A stretch of 55,413 nt of DNA, counting the filler, from Dirinaria sp. TL-2023a (taxonomy: Eukaryota): assembly GCA_051941275.1 (NCBI GenBank). It is 4 parts of 4 records of this genome, joined end to end, with 100 filler letters (N's around TTAATTAATTAA, not from the genome) between each part and the next. Parts side by side here need not be neighbours in the genome. Positions count along the whole stretch, not along the records: positions 13,892 to 27,672 come from JAVEBF010000654.1; positions 27,773 to 41,545 come from JAVEBF010000655.1; 2 more parts are not named here. One strand, 5' to 3'. The translations under genes and the position numbers were made by a program. The notes beneath the pieces are model-generated. The model was not told the DNA's origin, did not search any database, and was given only the letters and a program-made list of their open reading frames with translations. Shown one piece after another: positions 22,041 to 33,735 of the stretch; position 1 is the first letter of the stretch, and each line of letters starts with the position of its first letter.

Positions 22041-24567
22041 CTAATACAGCATATTTACCAGCCAGAGTGTAGCAACGATGAGCGCCAAGCGAGCAGCTAG
22101 ATTCTCGCGCAATGTCTTCGATACCGAAGAGGCCGAAAAGACTAGGACTTTGTCCAGATGTCGATACGGCGATCCATGCTCGTAACTCTTTATCCTCGGT
22201 AAATCCATCTCTGCTCTGGAGTCTTCGATCTCGAGACTCCGTCGCTGCGCGCTAGGATCGACGATCCACGAAGTAAGGATGTTGGTAGCGTTTGCTACGT
22301 GCCAACTAAGCCAGAGAAATAATATGGTGAGGGGAACAAGGTCTTGCCACCGACCGAAACCGAGACTAAGGAGTCCCTTTGTATCGGCCGCGAGCCAAAT
22401 ATGGAATTGAAGCGTGAAAGTCTCGAGGCTGCAGCGACCCAACCAGGCAAAGACTGATGAATAGTAGTTGCGCATGTGTCGACTACAGTTGCGCAAGGCA
22501 ACGTAAGACAAAATGGGCCAAAATGATAGATACGGCACCCAGGAATTATATTCGGGTTTCTTAGTAATACTTGCAACGGCAGTGAAATAAGCAGGTAATG
22601 CCACTGCAGCCGCAATCATGGTCAAGACCCGTAAACGCTTAAAATGCCGACCCAAGAAACAAGTCTTTTCGGTCTCTTGCTGCAGGCTATCAGTCACCTT
22701 GATGAATGCAATTGCGGCTAGCATTCCGACATAAACAATGTAATTATCAAGATGGACTCGGAATCGCCACTCCGCCACGTTCCAGCGGATATGTGCCCCT
22801 TTCTCAAGGACTTTGAAAACACTCTCAAGTACTCCTGGTATTCGAATAAAAGCAGTGACAATTAGTGCCGATACTAGCATCTTACACAAAAGTATCTTGA
22901 TTGAACGGTTCTTCGCCTGACCAATCTTCATTGTGGCGAATATGACCAAGTACCAAAAGCTTGTCAAAGGTGCAAAGTAGTAGAATAAGTAGTCCGTACG
23001 CATAATATATGGCAATAGACAGCTTAAGAGATTAATACGAAGGAGAACACTCGCGCAACGGCGCAGCGAGTAGTCCCTTCTACGATAAAAGTATGCTGCG
23101 TGACCAAAGCCAGTCATGAAGAGGTATGAAGCTACCAGGATGCGAATAACCTTATAAATTTCGAGCACTCTTGAAGCCCCGGTGTAGTGGTAGATAAGAA
23201 TTAGAAATTGCATCCAGCCTTTCCATTCATCCGTTTGGTCTCTTGAGAGGAATGGCTGTTCCGGCTTGTGAATGGAAGTTTGTCGCCCTTGCTCTACCAC
23301 TATCTGCGTCGATCGACGTATAGATAGCACGCCCAGCGCAAGTGTCACAAGGCACATGGCTTGGAAATCAACAGACGAATATCGCTTATGAAGCTTGTCG
23401 AGCATCTGAGTCCGATCGGCAACGTAGCAATAAGACAGAGTCAGTGCCAGCATTGCCAGTGCGCCAGAGACGTTTCTGGAAGGGAAGAATGTGCGGCGAT
23501 TTTGTTCTGGGATAGTCCTTAGCTTGTCTTCCAACCTAAATCTCAATCATTGGTGTACCTTTTGCTGTAACTACTGTGATTAACGGCAGTAATCCGAGAG
23601 AAGACGCCAGAATAGCCATCTGGATCCAGTTTGGCTGCACATACGCGCTGCAGCAAGTCTTGTCCATAGGATAGGTGCCTGAACTTGATAGTACTGAGTT
23701 ACATCTGATATTCAAGAGTATATCTGCTTGCAAGGCGGCAACGCTGTTGACAATATGAAGCCCATCTTCCTGATATGCAAGCGGCTGCTGCCAGGTCATC
23801 TCCGAGTAGCTCCACACTACCGGCGCACCTTTGTCGGTAGACAGCCGTTTCAAGTGCTCATTCAATGGGTTGACAGCACTCTCCGTGAGTGTTGCAGCCC
23901 GCTCTGCGGACAATGACTGGTATAGAGGGATCCGTACCGGCGCAATGGCGACTAATGCTTCCTTGCTCAATCTGGGCCGATCTAGAGTCATCGCTGGAAT
24001 TAGGTTCGTCGAGGACCTGTGCAAGTATGCGGATTTCAAGACCTGGTTGATTGCATAATCGAATTGATTGAACGAGTCCTTACCCAACGTCTTCACGTGC
24101 CACAACCCGCCACCGATAATAGTTATTGCTGGATGTTGCACTTCTCCAGGTTCGTAGGGTGTAATAGATTGGTGCAAGCTTGTCCTATTGAGATACGGAT
24201 CCCACGAGAAGCTTAGCTCTATCCCATCTCGGCTGAAGGTTATGTCTTCATGCTTCTCGGCCGCAGGCATGGCTCGATTGCTTCCCGCGCTATCTAATTT
24301 CTCAGCCATTGCCCAGAAGATCTCGCGGACAGTCGAGTCGCCGATGAATACCATCTGGCCTTGTAAACATGTTGTCAGGTCGTGACTGCGATAGTTGTGC
24401 AACATGCATCGTGGTGGCTGCCACTGCTTAAGAGGCTCGAGCCATTGGCCTTCGAACGGTGCTTGACACTTGTATCGATCGGTGCTGGTCAGGTATCTCG
24501 ACACAGAGAAGACGGCTACAGACAAGGCAAGGAAAAAGCAAGATCGGTCGATGATTCGATAAATCAT
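22041..24567 (-). CDS. CAS1: Cas1p/CASD1-type polysaccharide O-acetyltransferase (SGNH-like domain plus multi-TM domain)
   Basis: FIGDSTVR and DGLH catalytic motifs in the N-terminal part. FLSRDQTDEWKGWMQ, YLFMTGFGH, YYFAPL, EWRFR and SLETFTLQFHIWLAADT in the TM part. A ~52-nt intron near 23507-23558 joins the two track ORFs. Confidence 0.92.
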
Positions 24568-26287
24568 CTCTGTATCACCCTAGAATGGTGACAGTTGATG
24601 TAGTGAAGGGTTTTACAGGTAACGTGATGCAGGCTACAAGTAGTAACTCGGCTACACACAACACTACCTTACATGTATCTTAGCAGTACAATGGAGCGGC
24701 ACAACGTATAAGAGATAACCATTACAATCGTTCGATTGCAAAATTTCGATCCTGATTGAAATCTCGAACGAATTCTCACATACGGCATACCTCTACCTTG
24801 CTTCGCTCACGCTAGAAGAATGCGGTTTATAATCAGGCTCTCATGTTCAACATCCATTCCACCCTTTCAGCACCAATCAGTCAATGCGTGAGTCGCTATC
24901 CTCTGCACGACTTCAACATTCTCGGGGACAAAACCCTTCCACAACGGACTGGCATGTGAAGTGTGCTTTGAAGCGTAAACTTTCGCTGCTGGCATAAGGT
25001 AGTACTGGCCGTTCCTTGACCCGGAAACTGGTGCCATTGGGCGGGATTCCCATCTCCTCAAATCTGTACTGCCAACGCCCAAGGGTTGCTAACCCAGCTA
25101 TTCATATGTACTCTCAAGTCATGGCAACGTTGCTAGACACTGTTCACTTAATTGGACCGCAAATGCCTGAGAGACGATAGAACCAACTGCGAAATACTGT
25201 TCGTACGATGCACTCGACTAAGGGGAATATAACTAGAGGAGGATGCGGAAGATTTTGCGAAGCTACAGGGGCTCGCTGCTTTGCTTTTCGATCCCGATGA
25301 GTCAGCTTTGGTCCTGGCCCCTGATTGGCGGATATCGATTATTTCTTCAGATCTCAAAAGCGGGCGTGTAGTATGGGGGAAGTACGGAGTAATGTAGTAT
25401 GATAAGGTAAGGTTACTCCGTGCCGCGCGCAGCGCTCGGATGCGCCTTTTTTTTTTTTTTTGCCATCGCGTTGGATTGATCAAGTTACTCTGTGTACATT
25501 ATCTATTACAAAGTACACTCTATTCAATCTTTGCGTTGTCAAGTCAGACTGTTTTTCGATATATCCGATCAAGTCCCCTCGTCAATTTTGCCTTTGCGTA
25601 TGTCGTCTTGCAAGCTTCGAGCTCAAAAATTACTTCCTGGGGAAGGCGAACGTCCAAGAAAAAGCCTCACGGCCCGCGTTTCCTTCTGCCACGCAAGTAG
25701 TAGAATAGTACAGTATTATTGTCACCATCTTACCTTACTTACCGAGCGTTGGCCCCAACTATGATTATTATTGCATGCGTGCCTCAGCTTTACCTTAAGT
25801 GTGTAACAGCGCATTCTTAATGAAACACTTAAGCCTGCGCCATCCCGTAGGATCGCACAAAGCACGAATGATTCGGCTGAACGGACGTCCATCCCTCCGG
25901 AAATGGGCATGGATCACGCGACACAGAATAATTCATCACACCATGACAAAGAGGAGTACTACAGTGCTTGTCTCGTAGCTCGCAGGGCGGAGTACCTCGG
26001 GCTTTGTTGCTCGCAATGAGTGCGAAGGAGTGACTGTGCCTGCTTTCATTTTCCGCACACTTTTAAGGGTGTCCACTAACAGCTACAAACACCAACCCAA
26101 CGCCACTAGATCCTTCCTTGGCTCCTTCGTCTATCATTGCTTTTTGGTCAACACGTATCAGTAAGAGTAGCAAAAGTAATATGGTCTGCCTTGTTCAGGA
26201 CTTTTTCTTTTTTTCCTGTATTCTCTACATATAATAAACCTTTTGGTCTCTTGCAAACCTCCAAAGCAAACGACCGGTTTTTGCAAA

Positions 26288-26680
26288 ATGTATCCCTCTC
26301 TGCTGGGAATCTCTGTCGTGAGTGTTCTTATTGCAATCTCTTCCGCATTTGTCTTGCCATCGACTACCAGCCCCCGGTCCACCGTTTCGCCAGCGAATAC
26401 ACAATTGCACATCCATTTGGACCTCCATCCCGAAACCGATGAGCAGCGATTCATGGCTTGCTTGGAAAGTGCTTACTCACCTGACGACATCGCGAAGTGC
26501 CGTGCTGTATTAACCACGGAGCCTGATGAGCCTGAGCTGCACGACATACTCGACAAGAGCTCGACACGATGCCACCAGGGATTACCGACAAGCCTTGAAA
26601 GTAGATGCGCACGCAAGGCCAGAGCGCTGGGATGGTCGCGATGGGGCTCTGAAATGGCCGGATGCATGGCCATGGACTAG
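26288..26680 (+). CDS. Putative small secreted protein (130 aa)
   Basis: Signal-peptide-like MYPSLLGISVVSVLIAISSA followed by FVLP; five Cys; no recognisable domain. Confidence 0.5.
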   Translation: MYPSLLGISVVSVLIAISSAFVLPSTTSPRSTVSPANTQLHIHLDLHPETDEQRFMACLESAYSPDDIAKCRAVLTTEPDEPELHDILDKSSTRCHQGLPTSLESRCARKARALGWSRWGSEMAGCMAMD

Positions 26681-27672
26681 GAACCAGCGCAGAAAGAAAC
26701 GCGTTCGACAGCGTGGAGGCCATTCTCATCTAAAATCCACTCCATGACGTAAGGGTCTCCTAGGGCTAAAACGACTGGACCTCGGACACCGTCAACTTTT
26801 GTCCATCGCCCGGGAGGAAGCACACCTTCTTGTCATCCAACTCTTCGTCCGCTGAAGTTTACGGACCTCAATGAACTATTTCCTCCAGCTACTCGGCGAT
26901 GGGAAGACGTGCCTACTACCAAGTAACCATATCACGTTCTTCCGCCTAGTGTCGCCCAAACCCGCATGCAGGTCCGACACTCACTGGGATGCTCACGTCC
27001 CTCTCACGCGCCATCGCCTTGTCGAGAGATCTCCGTGTTCGAGGCCTAATTAGTGAAGATGACAGATGGTAGCGCTGTCGCAGCACGCAATTTGCGTCCA
27101 AGCTTACGCTTTCGACATCCATCCTACATTAGCTCCCATCTCCGAACAAATCCGGTACTGTGTCGAGCTTAACTTAAAATTCGACCTTATCTGTTGCAGC
27201 TGCAAGGGACGCGCGCAATCTTCGGACTCCTGCATGGACCCAGCAATGAGACCTCGATTCTCGAACCACGTACTGCAGAATTCATCAGCGATCATCATTG
27301 GGGTTAAAATTGAGCATCGAAATTTGCACGGCTTGTTTTCAGGGACTTTGTGGCTGGCAGCCAGCAAGGTTTTAACAGAATGCTTTTTCTGCATTATTGA
27401 TAATGTATTTTTCAAATCCTTGGCGAGCACACCCACCCCTGTTCGAAAGCAGGCGATTTGATTGGATTTTCGTCGGAGCAATGGGATACCGATGCGCATC
27501 TCTCACTTCTAAGGCCAATCAAAGGATCGACTATTAGCACGCTGTCAGATGAGATTACCAAAATGGCAAGAAGAGCCATACTCGTATGAATTTCCTAAAT
27601 GCTCAACACAGACCATCACTTGCCCAAATTGTATGGATAACGTCAACGCCGATCAAAACTTATGTATCACCC

Positions 27673-27772
27673 NNNNNNNNNNNNNNNNNNNNNNNNNNNN
27701 NNNNNNNNNNNNNNNNTTAATTAATTAANNNNNNNNNNNNNNNNNNNNNNNNNNNNNNNNNNNNNNNNNNNN
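27673..27772. other. Artificial contig-joining spacer
   Basis: N44-TTAATTAATTAA-N44, 100 nt. Confidence 0.97.
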
Positions 27773-29139
27773 GTTTTGGGGGGGATGGGGGTGAGTGGTT
27801 CTATTCTATGGACGTACAAGGACTGCGAGACATCGCTTCAGGCGTGGGAAGATGGCGTTGTAGCTTTCTTCTACCGCTTCCTCTTGCTCCCCGAGCACGT
27901 GTTGCAGTTCCTCGGCGATCCAGTCTTGCACGTCTGGCCGCGTGGAGAGAAGGACGATTGCGAATGCTAAGACGTGCGCTGTGGTGTCGTGCCCCGCGAA
28001 GCTGAAGATGAACATGTTGCCGTAGATTTCTTCCTCCGTCAAGCCGCCTTGAGTACCTTTGGATTCTGGTGTTCCGTCGGCGGAGGTGCTGTTTGCCATT
28101 TCATTCGAAGCTCGAATCAATGATGTCACTAGGTTGTTGCCGTCATTTTTGTTCTCGAGAAGGTTTCGCTGCTCCTCTTTGTAGACCTGTTTCATGTACT
28201 GGCTGAACGTGACCGTGGCTTGATGAAGCGCCTTCCACCTCGCCGGTAGCCAGCGGTACCATTTTTCCAGGTTCTTGCGACCCAGGACGACCAGGGGAAT
28301 GCAATCGTCAAGGATCAATTTGAAGGAGTCTCGATAGCTTGATGCCGCTCCAGCAGTAGCTGAATCATCGAAGCTCTGGAATGGATAGGATTTCCCGAAC
28401 CCGGCGCTGGATAGAACGTGCAAAGATAGTGTTCTAGTATCGGCAGCAACTGTGTTGATAGTGGCTTTTGAAGTCCAGTACTCAAGCATCCCTTTGGCTT
28501 GCCGGATACTCTCTGCCCAGACTAGTTGGCTGACTTGCTCGTTGAAGCATGGTATCGTTACTTTGCGATGCCGGAGATACGCCTGACCTTCAGTCTGAGT
28601 CCAGTATCTTAAGTTAGTAGGTATTACCATCATTCAATGGAGAAACCCTACGGTTGCCACGCTGGGACCGAAAACGTTCAACATCTCTGCTACGAGTCAG
28701 CGCACCATCCAGTAGCCTTCTGAAATGGAACCTGAAAATAGCACCTACCCACCGTCTCTACCGGCCTGGGGAAATCATCGCGTCGTCGGAATACATCGGC
28801 GCACGCTTCGGCATCGCACAGCTGTAACCAGCTGTTTCCAGGAGTGACAAAAATGAACGCGTCTCCAAGTTCTTGGTGGGTCTTATAGCGATCTGGAATC
28901 TCCCACCCTCGCCATTGATACCTGGTCCACGTGCCGCTACCGAAAGGGAAGCGTTTGACAACTGCAATGATCTTGCGATCTATAGATTGCCACAGGGGGT
29001 TCCCGGGGTCGATGGGCAAGAGGATGATTGGTATGCCGATCTTACGAGCGCGTAGGTAGTCCTTCACGAGACAGGAGGCACAATAGAGAAGCCAGGTTGC
29101 AATGAAGAAGGGTAAAAGAAAGGCTACATAAAAAGTCAT
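27773..29139 (-). CDS. Cytochrome P450 (3' truncated by contig edge)
   Basis: N-terminal TM anchor MTFYVAFLLPFFIATWLLY and I-helix FIFSFAGHDTTA. Sequence stops at the intron before the ExxR helix; the heme Cys motif is not in the window. Confidence 0.9.
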
Positions 29140-29786
29140 AGTTGAAGAGAAACACAAGTAGGAGAGTGGCCTGAATCCTTAGTAAGAACTATGCAACGTG
29201 AGCCGAAGATATTCGAGATGCGTTCTAACATTTGTAGACAGAGAGAAATGCTTCAGAGCGTGTGAGATTCAAATCCTATTCTTCACGCCCCCAGCAAGCG
29301 GCGGCTAGATTCTTCAGCCTGGAAGGGTTGGGGCATTTTGGGCAAAATGCCCACTGCTACTGAAGTAATTGGAGCTGGTCATTGTGTGGGAAGCTGGAAA
29401 AAGAGGCGGCGAGTAAGAATACATACCTTACCCATCATGTATGTCGAGTTTTGCAGAACTAGCTTAGTCTACGGCTTATCTACCCAGGGTACCCTATCTC
29501 ACCTATCAAAATGCAGCACGATATTAAGGTATGGCATGATTCAGGATGGTAATCGTAGCCACGTGATGACCTCTGGATGACTGTCAGAGGCCAATTTGGC
29601 TGAAGGCGACCTATGTGTAAAATGTTGAGCTCATCTCTAGACAGAGTATTCGATAACCCGTGTCTTCAATGGCAAGTCGATGAGACAGAATTCATACATC
29701 ATATATCTGCAAGAGGACGACATTACTAATGCTAAGAGGTATATATGTTAAAACTATCATCGTTTCGGCTTCTTAATTTGAAGACA

Positions 29787-30836
29787 TTACTTCTTTCCCT
29801 CAAGGTCCGTATAGAAATTCCATCCAAAATTGCCCGACGGATCGTTGAACCTCAGCTTCTTGTCGATGGCGCTGATCTTCTCTAGCTCCGCAGGCTCGAG
29901 CTTGAAATCTCCCTCCAGGTTGTCCTTGATGCGCGAAGGGGTCTTGCTCTTCGGCAGCACTGAGTGTCCGCTCTGGATTCCCCACGCAAGCGCGACTTGA
30001 GCCCCGTTCTTCCCGTACTTTTTCCCAATGTCGACCAACACTGGGTCTTCAATCAGCTTCCCCATGCTCTTGCCGCTGTCATAGATTTCGTTTTGGTTGC
30101 CGAACGGGGAGTACTGTTGGATATGGATGCCCTTCTGCTTGTGAAAGTCCGTGAACGACTTTTGTTGCAGCCAAGGGTGGAGCTCGATTTGATGTGCTGC
30201 TGGAACGACCTCCGTCTCCTTCAGCAGGCGCTCAAGCTCGGCCTTCGAGAAGTTCGAGATGCCAATCGCTCGTGCCTTGCCCTTTTTGTAGACTTTCTCC
30301 ATTGCCTTCCAAGTCTAACAAAGCCAATTAACCTTCAGCAGCCACACGAACAATAAGACCTCCTTACATCAATATAGTCCGTGTCGCCAGTTCTGATTTT
30401 GCCATTATCGTCTCTCGGCATCAAGGTGTCACTTCGAGCGAATGGCGCCGGCCAGTGCATCAGGTAGAGGTCAAGATAATCGGTTTGGAGATCTTTCAGA
30501 GAGGCGTCGATGGCCGGCTCAACATCATCTGGATGATGACTGTTATTCCACAGCTTAGTGGTAATAAAGATCTGCTCCCTCGGTACGCCGCTGCTCTTGA
30601 TACCTCGAGCAACTGCAGGCTCGGTTCCATAGATTCTCGCAGTGTCAATGTGTCTGTAGCCTGCCTTTAGAGCTTCAGTCACAGCAGCCTCCTGAGCATC
30701 GGCATCTTGCCATGTCCCAAAACCAACAGCGGCTACAGAATAGGTCAGCGCAGGCTCTCCATCGTCAATTAGCAGCATCGCACGTACGAATTTTGGCCCC
30801 TGTATTTAGAGGAAGCTGAGTATTGAGAGTAGCCAT
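29787..30836 (-). CDS. NADPH-dependent aldo-keto reductase (GCY1/YPR1-like)
   Basis: MATLNTQLPLNTGAKIP/AVGFGTWQ, GYRHIDTA, IFITTKLWN, YLDLYLMHWP, IGISNF, YSPFG and VLPKS; two introns. Confidence 0.93.
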
Positions 30837-31488
30837 TGCCCTTGTTCCTGTCAGATAACCTACTTGGTTTGCAAATTGGGATAATCGAGTGGTTGCAATT
30901 TTTTGAGTCCGAGCAAGCATTACTCTTTGAGACTTATACAGGAGATGAGAGGTGAGAATTATTTAATCATCTCATCGAGGTTGAAAATATTGTCTCGCAA
31001 ATGAAGAGCAATGATGCAATACTCGGGATGAATGCCGAAGCATTGGCGCTCCGGGTGACAACCAGTAGTAGTGAGGACCTTGGCTCCTTGGAGAGTAAAG
31101 CCAAAAGCAGATACAGCTCTTCGGGCGGCTTCATTCCCCATTGGTTACCTTGGTGGAATCAAGGTACTCGCACCTATCCGAGCTACAACCCGTACTAGGT
31201 AGACGAAGACAAGCAAAAGCCGAGATCGTGGGGGGGGGGAACAAGGCAAGCTGGCAAGCCACCATCCTGCAAGCCTGCGTGGCTGTGCGCCGATCATAGT
31301 ATGTCACTCCTCAGTCGATCCTGGCGCATCAAGAAACCGGTAAATAATGCTGTAATGACTTGCTTTTCACCCCCAGACTTTTCTTTTTTTTTTTTCCTTT
31401 CCTGAACTGTAGATAACGCAATTCAGTACTGCCTGAAGAACCTGATCTCTTATTGTTGCGTGCAGGCCAGTCCGTAAAACACGACACA

Positions 31489-32275
31489 ATGCATCTCATC
31501 ACTACCACAGTACTCACTCTTGCGACATTTACTCTGGCAGCACCTTCGCCCACACAGCCAAAGGAAGGAATTGAAAAGCGGCAGCAGAACATTCCTGAAC
31601 TCCTCCAGCTGTCTGTTCTTCTTAACTCGATCTTGAGAAGTCTCCTACTAAACAATTATCAGCGCCTCGTTGGCGGGAATCACAACTCTCCCCACTGACC
31701 GTGCCGTCCTCCTAGAACTAGGCCCTGTCGCAAACCAGCTTGCATCTGCACTCCCCACATCCCCCGTGCTCTCAGTCCTCGAGACCGCAGCTCCTAAATC
31801 GTTTCTCAGCAACATTGTTCACGACCCTTCCTATGCCACCTCCTTCGAGTCAGCCTTCGCAGCGGGCAGTAGCCCCAGCTGGTTTAATGGACTTCCAACG
31901 GACGTGAAAAGTTATTTGCATACATACACTGGATTTGGAGGCATCGCGACTGCGGCGGCAGAGTTTAACAGCGTAACGGCGGACTCAAGCGCAAAGGCGG
32001 GGGCTACTGCTGGAAGTGGAAGTGCGAGCGTGGCGAGCTTGACGGCCTCTGAAACGCGCTCGATGGCTTCCAACTCCGGTCAGAACACAGCCGGATCCTC
32101 AACGACGACGTCACAGACCAGTGGCACAGCAGTGAGACAGACAGGGGCCGCGTCTGCTGGGACCGCAACTACAAGCTCAAGAACATCAACAGGTGGTGCG
32201 GCGCAGTCCACGGGTGCGGTCGCTGCCAGTATGATGGCTATGTTGGGAGTCATAGGCGTCGCAGCGGCGCTATAA
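31489..32275 (+). CDS. GPI-anchored Ser/Thr-rich cell-wall protein
   Basis: Signal peptide plus KR. Intron 31611-31661 keeps frame. PSWFNGLPTDVKSYL motif, S/T-rich region, and C-terminal STGGAA with hydrophobic tail (VAASMMAMLGVIGVAAAL). Confidence 0.85.
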
Positions 32276-32694
32276 AGGGCATAAATACATAGTGAGTTGA
32301 GAGGGGCCAGGGAATATTGTAGATTATTTAGCATGATACCACAGCACATAGGCGCTTTTTGGCCTTCATAAATATGAGCGTTGAATTTCTAAGTCTTCAG
32401 TATTGTTGAGTGTATAATGTTAAAATACCGTAATTGCGCTATAATTCGATGGTCATACTACGTGTGCCAAATTCCTAATGTCTAAGATCAATGCACTTGT
32501 GAGATGTTGATGGCACATGAGATTACGAGCACCCATTGCCTGGAACTCACCGCAGACATAATTCTGGCGGTATCTAGAACTTTTGAGTGCAATTTGATTT
32601 TAATTTTGCACGGTAAATAATTGAATAAGAATGCTAAGAATAGACTGTCATATCTTAGTAAATGGAAAAAAAAAAAGGTGAGGGAAAAAAAGTT

Positions 32695-32719
32695 TGGTGC
32701 TGATAGGATTCGAACCCAG
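32695..32719 (-). promoter_or_regulatory. Pol III B-box within a tRNA-3'-end-like sequence
   Basis: Minus strand reads CTGGGTTCGAATCCTATCAGCACCA, then a T7 run. GGTTCGAATCC (32716-32706) is a perfect B-box. No matching tRNA D or anticodon arm precedes it. Confidence 0.7.
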
Positions 32720-32722
32720 AGC

Positions 32723-33110
32723 AAAAAAAATTGGGCGCTGGCAGTTACCCCCCACTTTTCAGCCTTTGTCAGGCCTGAGTGACTTCTCCCACACGTAGAG
32801 GCCTGTCTCCAAGCCCCCTGACGGGATTTCTTAGCACGGTACCAGTCATTAGCCTTCCAGAGTCACTGTCCAAGGGAATCTCTCAGACTATCTCAGGCGA
32901 TCAATTGCTGGCAAACCTGGAACAAACCATTTTATGCTGCTCTCGTGGTCCCGGATTCGGCTAGACCCGAACAAATCTGCAGCGACTTTTTTCAGATTTA
33001 AACTTGGACCATGGAGGATACTGCTGAAAAGTCCCTCAATTATTTGAACTTATAAACTTTAAATAAGAACCCCAACCACAGCATACATCAACCACCAACA
33101 CCGCCCAATT
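32723..33110 (-). ncRNA. Candidate structured non-coding RNA of unknown family (possibly Pol III)
   Basis: Nested inverted repeats, a GAGA-tetraloop hairpin with G-U pairs that form only on the minus strand, a T8 tract at 32730-32723, and an adjacent B-box. No credible ORF. Confidence 0.5.
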
Positions 33111-33735
33111 AACAATTATTCCATATCAAATCTGTCAAATAATAAGATGAAGCGTAAGTATCATAATTTTCCTATTTTACAGGCATAGGAAAGGGCAGTG
33201 GGTTGTGGGTCTGATGGGCTGGTAATTTTGAATAAATTACCGTGCATTGGTAAGGTATTATCAAGAGCGTACACAGACTCGTCCCCTACCTAGTAGATCC
33301 TGCTACTACTAGTACTATCGTAAGGTATTCAATAGACAAAACACTTTCTATCTCCGTTAAATTGGAGATGTTGCCGACAATCGCAATACATTGTGACCAA
33401 GAAAGAGCGAGCAGCGACAGAACTCACATACTACTATTCCAGGACATCAATGCAATGCTTCTGCAGACTCCTTCAGGTTCACTTTCCTAGATTCTTCATC
33501 GTCAGACATGGAAATATTACCATCGAGAACAGAGAATTTGGGTTAATGGGTGATAATGCAAAGGAAAGGCAGAATCGCAGTTCCTTTATGTACAGCTACC
33601 TTGCCTTAACGCGCGCTTGATGTTTGTGCTAGGATTGGAGTCTAAACTGCAACAGGAGTAGTATGGTCATACTGTATCTGGGATGCTTGGCAGTCTGCGC
33701 ACAGTTACTCGGGATTTGCATGGGAGATTCCGATC

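Noticed and set aside
23536..23558. Apparent frameshift or 23-nt intron between the two Cas1p ORFs
   Set aside because: A normal ~52-nt intron (GTACAC...GCTAAG...CCCAG) restores the frame.
22041..24567. 'CAS1' as CRISPR-associated Cas1; CRISPR arrays generally
   Set aside because: Name coincidence: this is the eukaryotic Cas1p acetyltransferase. I found no repeat-spacer array in the window.
32695..32780. Complete tRNA gene
   Set aside because: Only the T-loop and 3' acceptor-like strand are present; a T8 tract sits where the variable loop and anticodon arm should be.
32860..32935. TPP riboswitch (CUGAGA...CCCUUGGA), snR30/U17 (AAACCAU) or group I intron core within the structured element
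   Set aside because: The TPP 3' half (CCUGAU...UAAU...AGCG) is missing. The snR30 m1 motif and a correctly spaced ACA are missing. The P/Q/R/S-like words are not in canonical order.
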